Source of the DNA: a virus
Lineage: Duplodnaviria > Caudoviricetes
Reading direction: 5' to 3' (one strand)
Length of the DNA stretch: 30,469 nucleotides
IMG/VR virus record: IMGVR_UViG_3300017909_003333
Span: 1 to 30,469 of that record
Part shown: positions 9,321-18,457 of the stretch, in pieces
Numbering within the stretch: the stretch's first letter is position 1
How the letters are laid out: every line of letters starts with the position of its first letter
The notes under the pieces: model-generated
What the model saw: only the letters and a program-made list of their open reading frames with translations
What the model was told of the DNA's origin: nothing
Database searches by the model: none
Position numbers and translations under genes: made by a program

Positions 9321-12300
9321 TTAACTCACAATTGATACATCAGCGCCGCGAACAACTGGTTGTCCGGCAAGTTTTTTAACTCGTGTTGGAACATCACTAT
9401 CTTTATTTATAGAGACGTTTGCAAAAGGAGTCTGTCCCGTTGTCGGGTATATAAATGTTGTTTCTAACAAAAAGTGTTCATTCACAAGGTCTCTGTCAAT
9501 AATTTCCTGTTCTTGTAGAACTATATCATTAGCATCCGTTCCAGAAGCGTCAGTTCCATTGAATACAATCCTACTGTTTTCAAAATCAGGAGTACCTTCC
9601 TCTTGTGCGATACCATCGGCCGGTTCTCTTGCAAGAGTTCTTTCTGCACGTAAGAATCCAGACCCGTCTTCAAGTTGCAGTTGTCCATAATCTAATGCAC
9701 TATAGGATTCAAATACAATGTTACCGTTTACCTCTTGTGCCATAAATTTACCATTTTCCATTAGTAAACGGTCACCGTCATCGGCACTGATTGGGAATCC
9801 ACCATCAGTCCCATCTAAGAGAATAATACCATTGTCTTCGAGAACCATATTATCAACATCTTCTGCAAACGCCTGATTAATGTCTTGTTGTCCAGTTGAT
9901 AGTCTTGTATCACCTACATCTATTTCCTCAAGTTGTAAAAATCCTTCGATACTAACCGGAGTAGAACCGGCAACATACCCTAAAGGAAGAACAAGATCAA
10001 TAAAATCAAATGTTCCGGTGTCATCCCTCAAATCAAATACATCAGACAATGTAGAAGATGTGCCACTCACCGCGCCAGACGAACCCGAATCTTTGTTTAA
10101 GTCATCATTGGTTTGACTACCCGCAAGTCCAACTGGGCTGGAGATTGTACTTAGAGAAGTGCCTACATTGAGGAATTGATGGGTGTGTCCTGTACCTCCA
10201 AGGAAACTGACTGAGAATTCAGAAATTGTTCCAGTGTCAATACTTCCAAGTTCCAAGGCAATAAACGTAACATCGTCCTGTTCAAGTTGTATTTTATCAA
10301 CAAATGTTGAAGCTGGTATGTCCCCATCTTGTTCTAGTAAGAACGTAGAAGGCCTTTCAATCTCTTGAAAAGTAACATCACCTAACTGACTGAAAGTAAA
10401 TTGTTCTGTAAATGATTCTCCACCAGTTTCAAGTCTAAACTTTTCACCCACACCAACAACTTGGAAAGATCTATTTGAATCAAAGGTGATTATAGAATCT
10501 TCCAGCAGTATTGCACCATTTTCGTTTTCTAATAGGAAAAATCCATCGTCCTCAAAATCAAGAAATGCAATATCTGGTATTGGTTCAAATCCGTCAGCGA
10601 CGAGGAAACCATCGGAGTAGCCGTTTCCATCGGAGTCTTCTAAGAGTATCGAACTTTCGTCTGCAAAAAATCCAAAAGACGGAACAGTTAACAAGTCTCT
10701 TGGTTTTTCATTTGGTTCGGCCGAAACAGTTATCTTTACAGTTTTAATAAACGCAAGTTCTTTATCACCAGCAAGGCCGACAGAAGAAGATTCAAGCAGA
10801 GACCTACCTCCAGCCGGATCACTAGCATTTCCAGTGTCACCATCATGGTAGAGTATGAACTCTGTGCCGTGGATAGTCAGTCCATCTTCGAGTGTTATTT
10901 GTTGATTATCTTCTGTAAGTAAGTCATCCCCAGCATTTGTTTGAGAACCATCTGTTCCATCAAGGATAATACCATCACCAAGAATGTGTCCAGTTTCTTG
11001 CGTGAGAAAATCATTAAAGTGACCATCTGAACTTATGTCTGGAACAACCGCGTGTCTTCGACGAACAACCTCATCAAAAATTTGTTCAAGAACAGAGGCA
11101 AGGAATGGAGAGAAGGACTCCTGTCCTCTTGTTTCATCTGATAGGCTTCTAGTTGCGCTTAATGCAGCGGATATTTGTGTTGCAACAGTAACACGCCCAA
11201 AAGGAGCAAAACCAGCGGGGTGTACGGCTCTTTTAAGTTCGTTCAAGTAGTTTGTGGTCGACTCACCTATTCTAACTTCATAAGAAAATTGTTGATAGAA
11301 AAAAGAGTCCTGAAGACGAATAATGTCTTCACCAATCAAACTAGTTGCACCAATATATCTTTGTATTGGGTCAGAAACAGTGGAGACTTTAGAATCGATC
11401 TTAGCAATGTCTCCTAGTATGACAGTACCAGTTGCACCGCCGGAGTCTGTAATTACAACTTCATCCCCAACAAAATCTATATCATCTTGATGTAGTATTC
11501 TTTTCCCAGAATTATTTGCACTACTGTCCGTTCCATCCATGATGATGAACCCATCACCATCAATGTCTTCCTCAGAAAGTATTCTGTCACTGTTGTCAGT
11601 ACCGTTTGCATCTGTAGCATCTAGAACTAAGAAATTACCAAATGTCTCTAATAGAATGTCTCCACCAGTTTCTAAAAGCAGCGAACTAATTTGTCCAGTA
11701 GTAGATACTAAAGTAGCATCAAAATCAATCTTACCATTTGCATTTTCTACTACACCCCCACCGGCATTCAAAATAGACGTTTGCGCTACAATTCTACCTG
11801 TTCCCTGTTCATTGAGTAATGCACCATTTGGTTTACCAGTTCCATCCTCAAGTAAAATAAAATCTAAAGTCTGTAGCGTGTTATCAAGACGTAACTCATA
11901 CCCCTCATCTTCAACAATAGGGCTAAATTTTTGTAATCTGAGTCTACCACCAATTTCATTGTAGTTTGGACTATAGTAATATAAATCTGGTGTGGTATCA
12001 GTAACCTCCAGTTTTAAAAATGCACCTTCTTCTCCAGGCCGGATTAAAAGATTAGTTTCGGGGGAAACTGTTAAATCTGAGTTTGTGACGCTTGTAGTAT
12101 ACTCACCGGAGTCGGTGTTAGTAGTTGTCAGTTTAAAATTATACTGTAGGCTGTCAATTGAATTAAACAAAGAAGAATCAGAAAGGTCAAAGTAATACGT
12201 GTTTCCACTTTCAATTACAAATTCTCTTTGTGATACTCCGTTAAGATAGAATGTCTTCTTGTTGGGGTCATTTGGGTCTGTAAGAGCTTTTACGGAGACT

Positions 12301-14534
12301 CTAATGAACCTACTAGGAATTGATGCAAATGCACTACCATCCAAAAGTACATTATTATTTTCATCTTCATTTGCTTCAAGAATGATATCTTCAAGTATCA
12401 TTCTGTTTCCAGTAAGCAATTCTGCACCCTGTTCTTCTTCAAGAACAAAAGGTAAATTGAATGTAGCAGCTTCCATTTGAATGAAAGAACTATCATCAAT
12501 CGTAACATCTAGTTGATTTTTAGAACTATCCCATCCAAGAACAGAACCAGTGTGTGTTGTTAGAGAGTTCCCTACACCAAACGTTCCAGTTACATCTTTA
12601 AGTATAAAGTGAGCTCTTGGTTGTATTTCTGGTAGGTCATTTTGATTATATTCAAATCCAAATGTGTCAACAGTTGTTGATTTTGCAACACCAATGTCAT
12701 TGGTAAGCGCCAAAAGTTTTGCACCACTACCATTAGAAGACTCTACCTGAATAGATGGAAGTGCAGTATAGCCTGCCCCGCCAGTTTGCAGTTGTACTTT
12801 GTAAATTGATGTTGCGTTTACCGCTGTGTCTGTACCCGTTTCTTGAAGTAACTGTTCTCCCGTAGAATAGAACAAATCTAGGGTTTCATTAACTTCTCCA
12901 ATTTCTGTTTCGAAAAAGAATCCGGCGTCTGTACTAGAAGCATCCGTACCGTCTATCAACAGTTTATCGAGTTGAGTAACGGGATACCGTAAAGATGATT
13001 CATTTATTGGTAACGTTGCAGCTGCATGAGTCTGAGTTGCAGTAGGCATCCAGAATTCAACGCCAGGAAATTCAATAAATGTGTGTATGTGTGCGCCAGT
13101 AACCACTCCGTCAGAGATAGTTCCTCCCGCACTTGAGTAGTCAAGATAAAGGGGATAAAAGTAACCAGACTTACCAGACCCAAGCTGTCCATTGGATTCG
13201 GCTGTTCCTAGAACATGAAATGGCCCAGCGTATTCTTCGTTTTGTTCTAATGCAATATTAAATGGTTCTTCTGTTCTGTTTGTTCCTGTTTCTCTAAGGA
13301 CAGATCCCGTGCCATCTTCTAACTGAAAACCACCTAACAAGGCAGAGACAAATCCCTTTGCAGTTTCTACATCATCAGACGGATTTGTAAAGTATAGAGT
13401 GTCTCCAACTTTATACCCCGTACCACCATCATCTACGAAAACAGAACTAATAGAACCAGTAGAAACTTCATCAACTAAGAGTTTTCCAAAACCATTACCT
13501 TTATCTGCTTCGGTTACAGTTGGCTCAGAAGAACCATATAATAGACCACCAGAGGTAATTGTTCCCCCAGAAAGAATGCTTTTGACAGTAAAACGGATTG
13601 TCCTGTCCGTTATTGTGGATGTACACTCCAGTGTTTCTCCATCTATAAACTCCCCAACCTGATCTTCAATGATCATTTCGATTACGGATTCTGTTCCTTC
13701 TGGGAAAACAACAACTTTACTTACAGTTGCAACTGCTTCTGAAGTAAATCCACGGATAGGTTGTCCTTCTGCTTCTAGTCCATCAGAACCCGATACAGAA
13801 GCACATCGGAGTATTGTTTTGTTTTCTAAATTACCACCCGAAACTCGCAACACATTTTCATTTGGATATCGAATGTCAGCTTCTTCGTCCAACAAAATAC
13901 GTAAAAATAATTTTGTCGCTTCTGGTGTACCCTTTGCAGCATACAAATCTTTAACGTGTTTAATAAGTAGTCTTCTGCTGACATCAGAGGTATACGTGGA
14001 AGGAAGAACCGCAAGAAATGCATCTTTGAGTTTTTCTAGAAAATCATAAATTGTGTTGTCAGAATCAAAGTAATCTACGAGTTGTTGAATATTCTGAACA
14101 GGGTTTGCACGATACTCGAGCATGGTTGCAGTCAACCCAGAGTTAGAACCAACAAGCGTTTCTCCGGTAATAAACTGTGTTTGATTCGTTACAAAGATTT
14201 TTTGCGTTCGGAGATCATCAAACAATACCTCAGCAATAGCACCTGAAGTCTGTCCAGTGATAGTTTCCCCGGCTTGATATTGTACTACATTTTCCGTAAC
14301 AAAACGAAAATCTTCTTCTAAAACGCCCTCTTGAAGAATGTAAGCAGAATCGTTAAGTTCTTGTGCAAGATAGTCGGGTTCGACTTGATAGGTAATAGCG
14401 CCCGCTTCTAGGAACTTATAGTAGTCTCTTACAAAACTAGTAAACAGGTCATAATCAGACCGCACAAAGTCAGGAAGCTGACTTGTTATTAAGTCTGATA
14501 CTTTGTTTAACTTAAACCGTCTATCATGTGGCAT
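9321..14534 (-). CDS. gp7: Baseplate wedge initiator gp7-like, with large acidic insertions
   Basis: 1737 aa between gp6 and gp8; SQLPDFV..DY..F..F..DYYKFLE, LIKHVKDLYAAKGT, LQDSFFYQQFSY...VHPAGF motifs. Confidence 0.85.
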   Translation of the reverse strand: MPHDRRFKLNKVSDLITSQLPDFVRSDYDLFTSFVRDYYKFLEAGAITYQVEPDYLAQELNDSAYILQEGVLEEDFRFVTENVVQYQAGETITGQTSGAIAEVLFDDLRTQKIFVTNQTQFITGETLVGSNSGLTATMLEYRANPVQNIQQLVDYFDSDNTIYDFLEKLKDAFLAVLPSTYTSDVSRRLLIKHVKDLYAAKGTPEATKLFLRILLDEEADIRYPNENVLRVSGGNLENKTILRCASVSGSDGLEAEGQPIRGFTSEAVATVSKVVVFPEGTESVIEMIIEDQVGEFIDGETLECTSTITDRTIRFTVKSILSGGTITSGGLLYGSSEPTVTEADKGNGFGKLLVDEVSTGSISSVFVDDGGTGYKVGDTLYFTNPSDDVETAKGFVSALLGGFQLEDGTGSVLRETGTNRTEEPFNIALEQNEEYAGPFHVLGTAESNGQLGSGKSGYFYPLYLDYSSAGGTISDGVVTGAHIHTFIEFPGVEFWMPTATQTHAAATLPINESSLRYPVTQLDKLLIDGTDASSTDAGFFFETEIGEVNETLDLFYSTGEQLLQETGTDTAVNATSIYKVQLQTGGAGYTALPSIQVESSNGSGAKLLALTNDIGVAKSTTVDTFGFEYNQNDLPEIQPRAHFILKDVTGTFGVGNSLTTHTGSVLGWDSSKNQLDVTIDDSSFIQMEAATFNLPFVLEEEQGAELLTGNRMILEDIILEANEDENNNVLLDGSAFASIPSRFIRVSVKALTDPNDPNKKTFYLNGVSQREFVIESGNTYYFDLSDSSLFNSIDSLQYNFKLTTTNTDSGEYTTSVTNSDLTVSPETNLLIRPGEEGAFLKLEVTDTTPDLYYYSPNYNEIGGRLRLQKFSPIVEDEGYELRLDNTLQTLDFILLEDGTGKPNGALLNEQGTGRIVAQTSILNAGGGVVENANGKIDFDATLVSTTGQISSLLLETGGDILLETFGNFLVLDATDANGTDNSDRILSEEDIDGDGFIIMDGTDSSANNSGKRILHQDDIDFVGDEVVITDSGGATGTVILGDIAKIDSKVSTVSDPIQRYIGATSLIGEDIIRLQDSFFYQQFSYEVRIGESTTNYLNELKRAVHPAGFAPFGRVTVATQISAALSATRSLSDETRGQESFSPFLASVLEQIFDEVVRRRHAVVPDISSDGHFNDFLTQETGHILGDGIILDGTDGSQTNAGDDLLTEDNQQITLEDGLTIHGTEFILYHDGDTGNASDPAGGRSLLESSSVGLAGDKELAFIKTVKITVSAEPNEKPRDLLTVPSFGFFADESSILLEDSDGNGYSDGFLVADGFEPIPDIAFLDFEDDGFFLLENENGAILLEDSIITFDSNRSFQVVGVGEKFRLETGGESFTEQFTFSQLGDVTFQEIERPSTFLLEQDGDIPASTFVDKIQLEQDDVTFIALELGSIDTGTISEFSVSFLGGTGHTHQFLNVGTSLSTISSPVGLAGSQTNDDLNKDSGSSGAVSGTSSTLSDVFDLRDDTGTFDFIDLVLPLGYVAGSTPVSIEGFLQLEEIDVGDTRLSTGQQDINQAFAEDVDNMVLEDNGIILLDGTDGGFPISADDGDRLLMENGKFMAQEVNGNIVFESYSALDYGQLQLEDGSGFLRAERTLAREPADGIAQEEGTPDFENSRIVFNGTDASGTDANDIVLQEQEIIDRDLVNEHFLLETTFIYPTTGQTPFANVSINKDSDVPTRVKKLAGQPVVRGADVSIVS

Positions 14535-14546
14535 GTTTTAGAAACC

Positions 14547-16526
14547 CTAGTAGGAGTTCGATGTGGTAGATGTTGTAGTTCCACCGGAGTTCGATGTGGT
14601 AGATGTTGTAGTTCCACCACTAGTAGGCGATGAAGTGGTTGTAGTGGTGATTGTGCCACTTACCAACGCACTAGTACCACTTGCGGCCCTTTGGTCTACA
14701 ACTCCAGTAACCGTACTGTTTTGAGTATCAATTTCTATAATTTGGTTTCTTATCGGTACAATGTCAGAACTTCTAGGAGTTATCACAAATCGAATATCTC
14801 TAGATGCAGCACCATCAACCAACCCAACTGAGTTGATGGAGAGAGTATTAATTATTATGTTCCCTGTATCATAATCAATAGTCCCAGCAGTAGAATCTAC
14901 GTAAGAACGAGTAGTTCCGACAAAAGTAAAACGTCTCAAATTGCCAAAACCATCATCATCAAACTGATATATGGTAGAAGTATCGTCCCCAACAAAAAAA
15001 GTAGTACTTGACACAACACCCCCACTAGAAGCAAGGTAACCATCTTGGGGATGAAGAAGTGCGTTATTAAAGTTTACAGTATAAGACCTATCTTGTCCAA
15101 GAGTTGGAGTCAAGTTTTTTGCAACTGTAACACTAGTTGTGTTGTTTAGTATTGAAGTATCGGTAGTATCAATCAATCTGGATATTTCTGAAGCACGATA
15201 CTGTCCCGTAAACGTTTTAAGATTGTCTGTGTTGTAATTATTAATTGTGGCCACAACCTTTGACACCAAAGTTTCTGGTGAGTTGGTTGTCTTATTTGGA
15301 TCGTAAACAAACCTTGTGTTCATCCTAACAAACAAAGTTTCAGGGTCAACAAATTCAGGAGTGATTGAGGCAACAATAAATGGTTTTAGTTCCTGTTGTA
15401 AAGTTCTTTTTTGAGCAGTTGTAAGATTTTGTCCCGTAGTAGATTTAATACTGATAAAAACCTTTCCATATGCAGGACGAGATACCACACCAAGAGTTTG
15501 GTCATAAGAACCATCCTCACCACCAAACACACTAACCGCCTGAGTTTGTGGAAATAACCTCTTTATAAAGGTTTCATAATCTGTTGTTGTTACACAACGA
15601 CTCTGTGATGCGTAATCGAGAGGAGCATTTGTTTTAATTGAGTTAATTGATTCCGGTTCAGCTCCTCCAGTTGCACGAACAGCAGTAGTTATAGTGATGT
15701 CACTGACACCATCTATCGTGCCTGGCCCTGTAAATGACTTCGCACCGTTTGCAGCAGACTTATTTGTTACCACATACTGCAAAATTACAATATTTCCATC
15801 AACAAGCGACTTACTGATCACTCCATCACCAAAATAAATTTGGAATTGTCCTTTTTCAACCTCTTGTAAAAAGTAAACTCGTGATTCTGAGGTTAACTGT
15901 GTAATATCAGACACTTTAGTGTATGACAAAGTAGTGGAATCAGTAGCAGAATTTTGCACTTTTACTGTTAAAGTGGTTGTATCTGCACGATTATCGTTCA
16001 AAAGGAACCTTTGTTCAAGATTTGACGTGTCAACAGTTACTCTTTGGGTAACATAAGTCCCTTCATAAATGGGAATATTGTTAAAATCGACAACTTTACC
16101 GATATTTTTTGCAGTATGATCAGAAGCCGTAACGAATTGGTAGGAAACACCATCAACAGTAGTGGTAAATTTTGTCCCAGCACCCATAGTTTTAGTCGGA
16201 TCAGTGGTTAAAAGTGAAACATTCACTCTAGCAACGGGAGCCCTTGCAGAACGAACCTCATACCCTAACATTTTTGCGTGTGAAACCACACTAGAACGCA
16301 AGGCCGCAGTGTCCAAAAACATTTCGTTTGCAAACATGTTAGCATTCAACGCAAGATAGTGCGTATTATACGCTAACAAATCGATCAAAACACTCATGCC
16401 CGAACCTTCAAAGTCGTAATCGGTAAAGGCATCCTGATCTTGTAGGTAATCTTTTAGATTTGTGCGAATTCCTTCAAAATCTAACTCTGTTATTTTGAGT
16501 TTTCTTTTATTGTTGATAATGGCCAT
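14547..16526 (-). CDS. gp6: Baseplate wedge subunit gp6
   Basis: ELDFEGIRTNLKDYL...FTDYDFEGSGMSVLIDLLAYNTHY, SVVSHAKMLGY, GGAEPESINSIK.NAP..YASQSRCVT..DY, YGKVFISIK. Confidence 0.95.
   Translation of the reverse strand: MAIINNKRKLKITELDFEGIRTNLKDYLQDQDAFTDYDFEGSGMSVLIDLLAYNTHYLALNANMFANEMFLDTAALRSSVVSHAKMLGYEVRSARAPVARVNVSLLTTDPTKTMGAGTKFTTTVDGVSYQFVTASDHTAKNIGKVVDFNNIPIYEGTYVTQRVTVDTSNLEQRFLLNDNRADTTTLTVKVQNSATDSTTLSYTKVSDITQLTSESRVYFLQEVEKGQFQIYFGDGVISKSLVDGNIVILQYVVTNKSAANGAKSFTGPGTIDGVSDITITTAVRATGGAEPESINSIKTNAPLDYASQSRCVTTTDYETFIKRLFPQTQAVSVFGGEDGSYDQTLGVVSRPAYGKVFISIKSTTGQNLTTAQKRTLQQELKPFIVASITPEFVDPETLFVRMNTRFVYDPNKTTNSPETLVSKVVATINNYNTDNLKTFTGQYRASEISRLIDTTDTSILNNTTSVTVAKNLTPTLGQDRSYTVNFNNALLHPQDGYLASSGGVVSSTTFFVGDDTSTIYQFDDDGFGNLRRFTFVGTTRSYVDSTAGTIDYDTGNIIINTLSINSVGLVDGAASRDIRFVITPRSSDIVPIRNQIIEIDTQNSTVTGVVDQRAASGTSALVSGTITTTTTSSPTSGGTTTSTTSNSGGTTTSTTSNSY
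14553..14618 (-). repeat. Perfect 33-bp tandem duplication in the gp6 C-terminal tail
   Basis: GGAGTTCGATGTGGTAGATGTTGTAGTTCCACC at 14553-14585 and 14586-14618; encodes GGTTTSTTSNS twice. Confidence 0.95.
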
Positions 16527-16966
16527 TATCGTATTCTCTCCAACAGTAGTGATAACTCTTGCAGTTCTGTGGGTGTATTAGTAACGTAAAAATAAAGAGA
16601 TACTTCGTATGCATTTCTGTCGAAGTCTGGTATCACTTGCACCTGTTGAACTTTTGCTCTTGGTTCGTAGTTCTTTATAATTTCATCAATTTTTCTTGCT
16701 AAAACGTTCGCAACAACTGGAGTCATGTTTTCAAATAGTAAACCAGTAACTCCAGAGAAAAAAGTTGGCTGAAAGGGTTTTTCAAACTGATTATAAAGAA
16801 CCAGATGCCTGATCGAACGTTTTACCGCTTGAATATTTTTTATGCTAGATACATCAGCATCCGTTTTCTTATTGAAGAAAAGGTCGATGTCACTATATGT
16901 ACGGGAGTTTCTTTCGCTCTCGTTGTACCGTTGTGCATCTTTGTAACCTGTTTGACTAGTAGCCAT
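16526..16966 (-). CDS. gp25: Baseplate wedge subunit gp25
   Basis: YSDIDLFF...AVKRSIRHLVL....EKPFQP...LLFEN...IKNYEPRA...LERIR; immediately upstream of gp6 with TAATG coupling. Confidence 0.93.
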   Translation of the reverse strand: MATSQTGYKDAQRYNESERNSRTYSDIDLFFNKKTDADVSSIKNIQAVKRSIRHLVLYNQFEKPFQPTFFSGVTGLLFENMTPVVANVLARKIDEIIKNYEPRAKVQQVQVIPDFDRNAYEVSLYFYVTNTPTELQELSLLLERIR

Positions 16967-16983
16967 CTCTCTTCCTTTCTATG

Positions 16984-16991
16984 TATTTATA
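16984..16991 (-). promoter_or_regulatory. T4-type late promoter TATAAATA upstream of gp25
   Basis: Exact consensus in the gp5/gp25 gap, followed by purine-rich RBS AGAAAGGAAGAGAG and ATG at 16966. Confidence 0.85.
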
Positions 16992-16994
16992 GTA

Positions 16995-18404
16995 TTATTC
17001 ATCAGGCACCGTAGTATCTACTGGAGTTCCTCCAACATCATCATCATTTAATTTATGTTTGTGCGTTGCAAGAGTCGGCGCATTACCGGCATCTGTAGAT
17101 ACATCACCAGCAGAGTGCGTTGTACCCGTAACAGTTACATTGTTGTTGAATGTAGTATTGCCACTCGCAGTAATACTCTGAGCGCCGCTGATAGACATTG
17201 TATGTGTTGAACTCATAGTTTCACTAACCGCGCCGGTGATAGCCTGTGTAAATGTATCACTCCAAGTTTCACTAACTGCTCCAGTGACAGCCTGACTCAT
17301 TGAACTCTTATATGTTTCGGTCACAGTGTCTTCAATAGTTTCCTGTCGTTTACCGTTAAGTTGAATTATATGTGAATGATTGGAAATATCTGTGCCGTAA
17401 GTTTCGTTTACATTATTAGTAACAACCTCGTTACGAATACCATTTACTTTAATAGAGTGTTCGTGTTGTTCTAAATCCGTTCCGTATGTTTCAATCACAC
17501 TCTTTTTGACAGTTTCTCTTTTGTTACCATCAACCTGAATGTCCCAATCGCCTGCGATATAAGTCTTGCAGTTTGCGCCTATGGTAAGATTTACCGACCC
17601 CTTAATGTTAACATACTCATCACCAAAAACAATTTCATACTTGTCCTTGACTATTCTTTCTACCTTTGTGCCATCTTTATCAATTTCGTAAAAAGTTCCA
17701 GCCTTGTGTAACTGTTGAATTCTTTCTGCATCAGGAGTGTCATCATATTCAACGATGTGTCCCGACTCTGTTTCCATTACATGATTCAATGGATACTTTG
17801 CCGCATATGGCGACTCCGGTTCTTCCCAATTCTCTTCTCTGTCCTTTGTCGTCAACTCATTAAATTCTTTGTTATATTCGCCACTAAATTCATCGTTAGC
17901 GACAGGAACTTCTTTTGTTCTCGATGCTTCCTTTGCTTCTAGTATCTTGTGTTTTAGTCCTTCCTGTTCGTCGGCTCGAGATAACCGATTTATATCCGAT
18001 TCTTTGAGAGTGTGCCCAGAATAATCGTCATCTACTAAAGGATACACTCCATTAGGGTCACTAAATCCCTTTTCCGTGTTTGCTTCTTCTTGAGGGTATC
18101 CTGGCAATGTGCCCATAATAATTGGCTGTTGTTTCTCATGAATGTCTCTAAAAAACCCAACTACCCAAGTTCCTTCTACCATCCAAGAAGGTGATGTTCC
18201 AAGACCAGACATGGAAGGTGAAGTGGTAGGCATCATGACGTGAGCCCAAGGCAAATCTTCTGTCGGTATTTTTGTTTTGTCATCGGTGTGATATCCCACA
18301 CACCTAACCCGAACACGACCAAGTTTGTGCGGGTCATTTCTATCTTCCACAACCCCGACAAACCATGCAAAGCCTTCTAGGCCCATAAAATATTTTTTAT
18401 CCAT
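16995..18404 (-). CDS. gp5: Baseplate hub / central spike gp5-like (OB-fold + beta-helix, no lysozyme domain)
   Basis: WFVGVVEDRNDP.KLGRVRVR...LPWA N-terminal domain; YPLNHVMETESGHIVEYDDTP..ERI; beta-helix repeats; terminal LATHKH. Confidence 0.92.
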   Translation of the reverse strand: MDKKYFMGLEGFAWFVGVVEDRNDPHKLGRVRVRCVGYHTDDKTKIPTEDLPWAHVMMPTTSPSMSGLGTSPSWMVEGTWVVGFFRDIHEKQQPIIMGTLPGYPQEEANTEKGFSDPNGVYPLVDDDYSGHTLKESDINRLSRADEQEGLKHKILEAKEASRTKEVPVANDEFSGEYNKEFNELTTKDREENWEEPESPYAAKYPLNHVMETESGHIVEYDDTPDAERIQQLHKAGTFYEIDKDGTKVERIVKDKYEIVFGDEYVNIKGSVNLTIGANCKTYIAGDWDIQVDGNKRETVKKSVIETYGTDLEQHEHSIKVNGIRNEVVTNNVNETYGTDISNHSHIIQLNGKRQETIEDTVTETYKSSMSQAVTGAVSETWSDTFTQAITGAVSETMSSTHTMSISGAQSITASGNTTFNNNVTVTGTTHSAGDVSTDAGNAPTLATHKHKLNDDDVGGTPVDTTVPDE

Positions 18405-18409
18405 GAAGT

Positions 18410-18417
18410 TATTTAGA
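18410..18417 (-). promoter_or_regulatory. Late-promoter variant TCTAAATA, 5 nt upstream of the gp5 ATG
   Basis: Minus strand reads TCTAAATA-ACTTC-ATG; one mismatch to TATAAATA. Confidence 0.6.
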
Positions 18418-18418
18418 T

Positions 18419-18426
18419 GATAAATA
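18419..18426 (+). promoter_or_regulatory. Late-promoter variant GATAAATA for the plus-strand operon
   Basis: One mismatch to TATAAATA, 31 nt before ATG 18458, with RBS GGAG in between. Confidence 0.6.
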
Positions 18427-18457
18427 AAAAAGAATTCCCCCTAACTGGAGATAAAAA

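Noticed and set aside
32-17942. Numerous 60-146 aa plus-strand and alternate-frame ORFs within the structural genes
   Set aside because: Shadows of long, motif-supported minus-strand genes; no recognisable domains.
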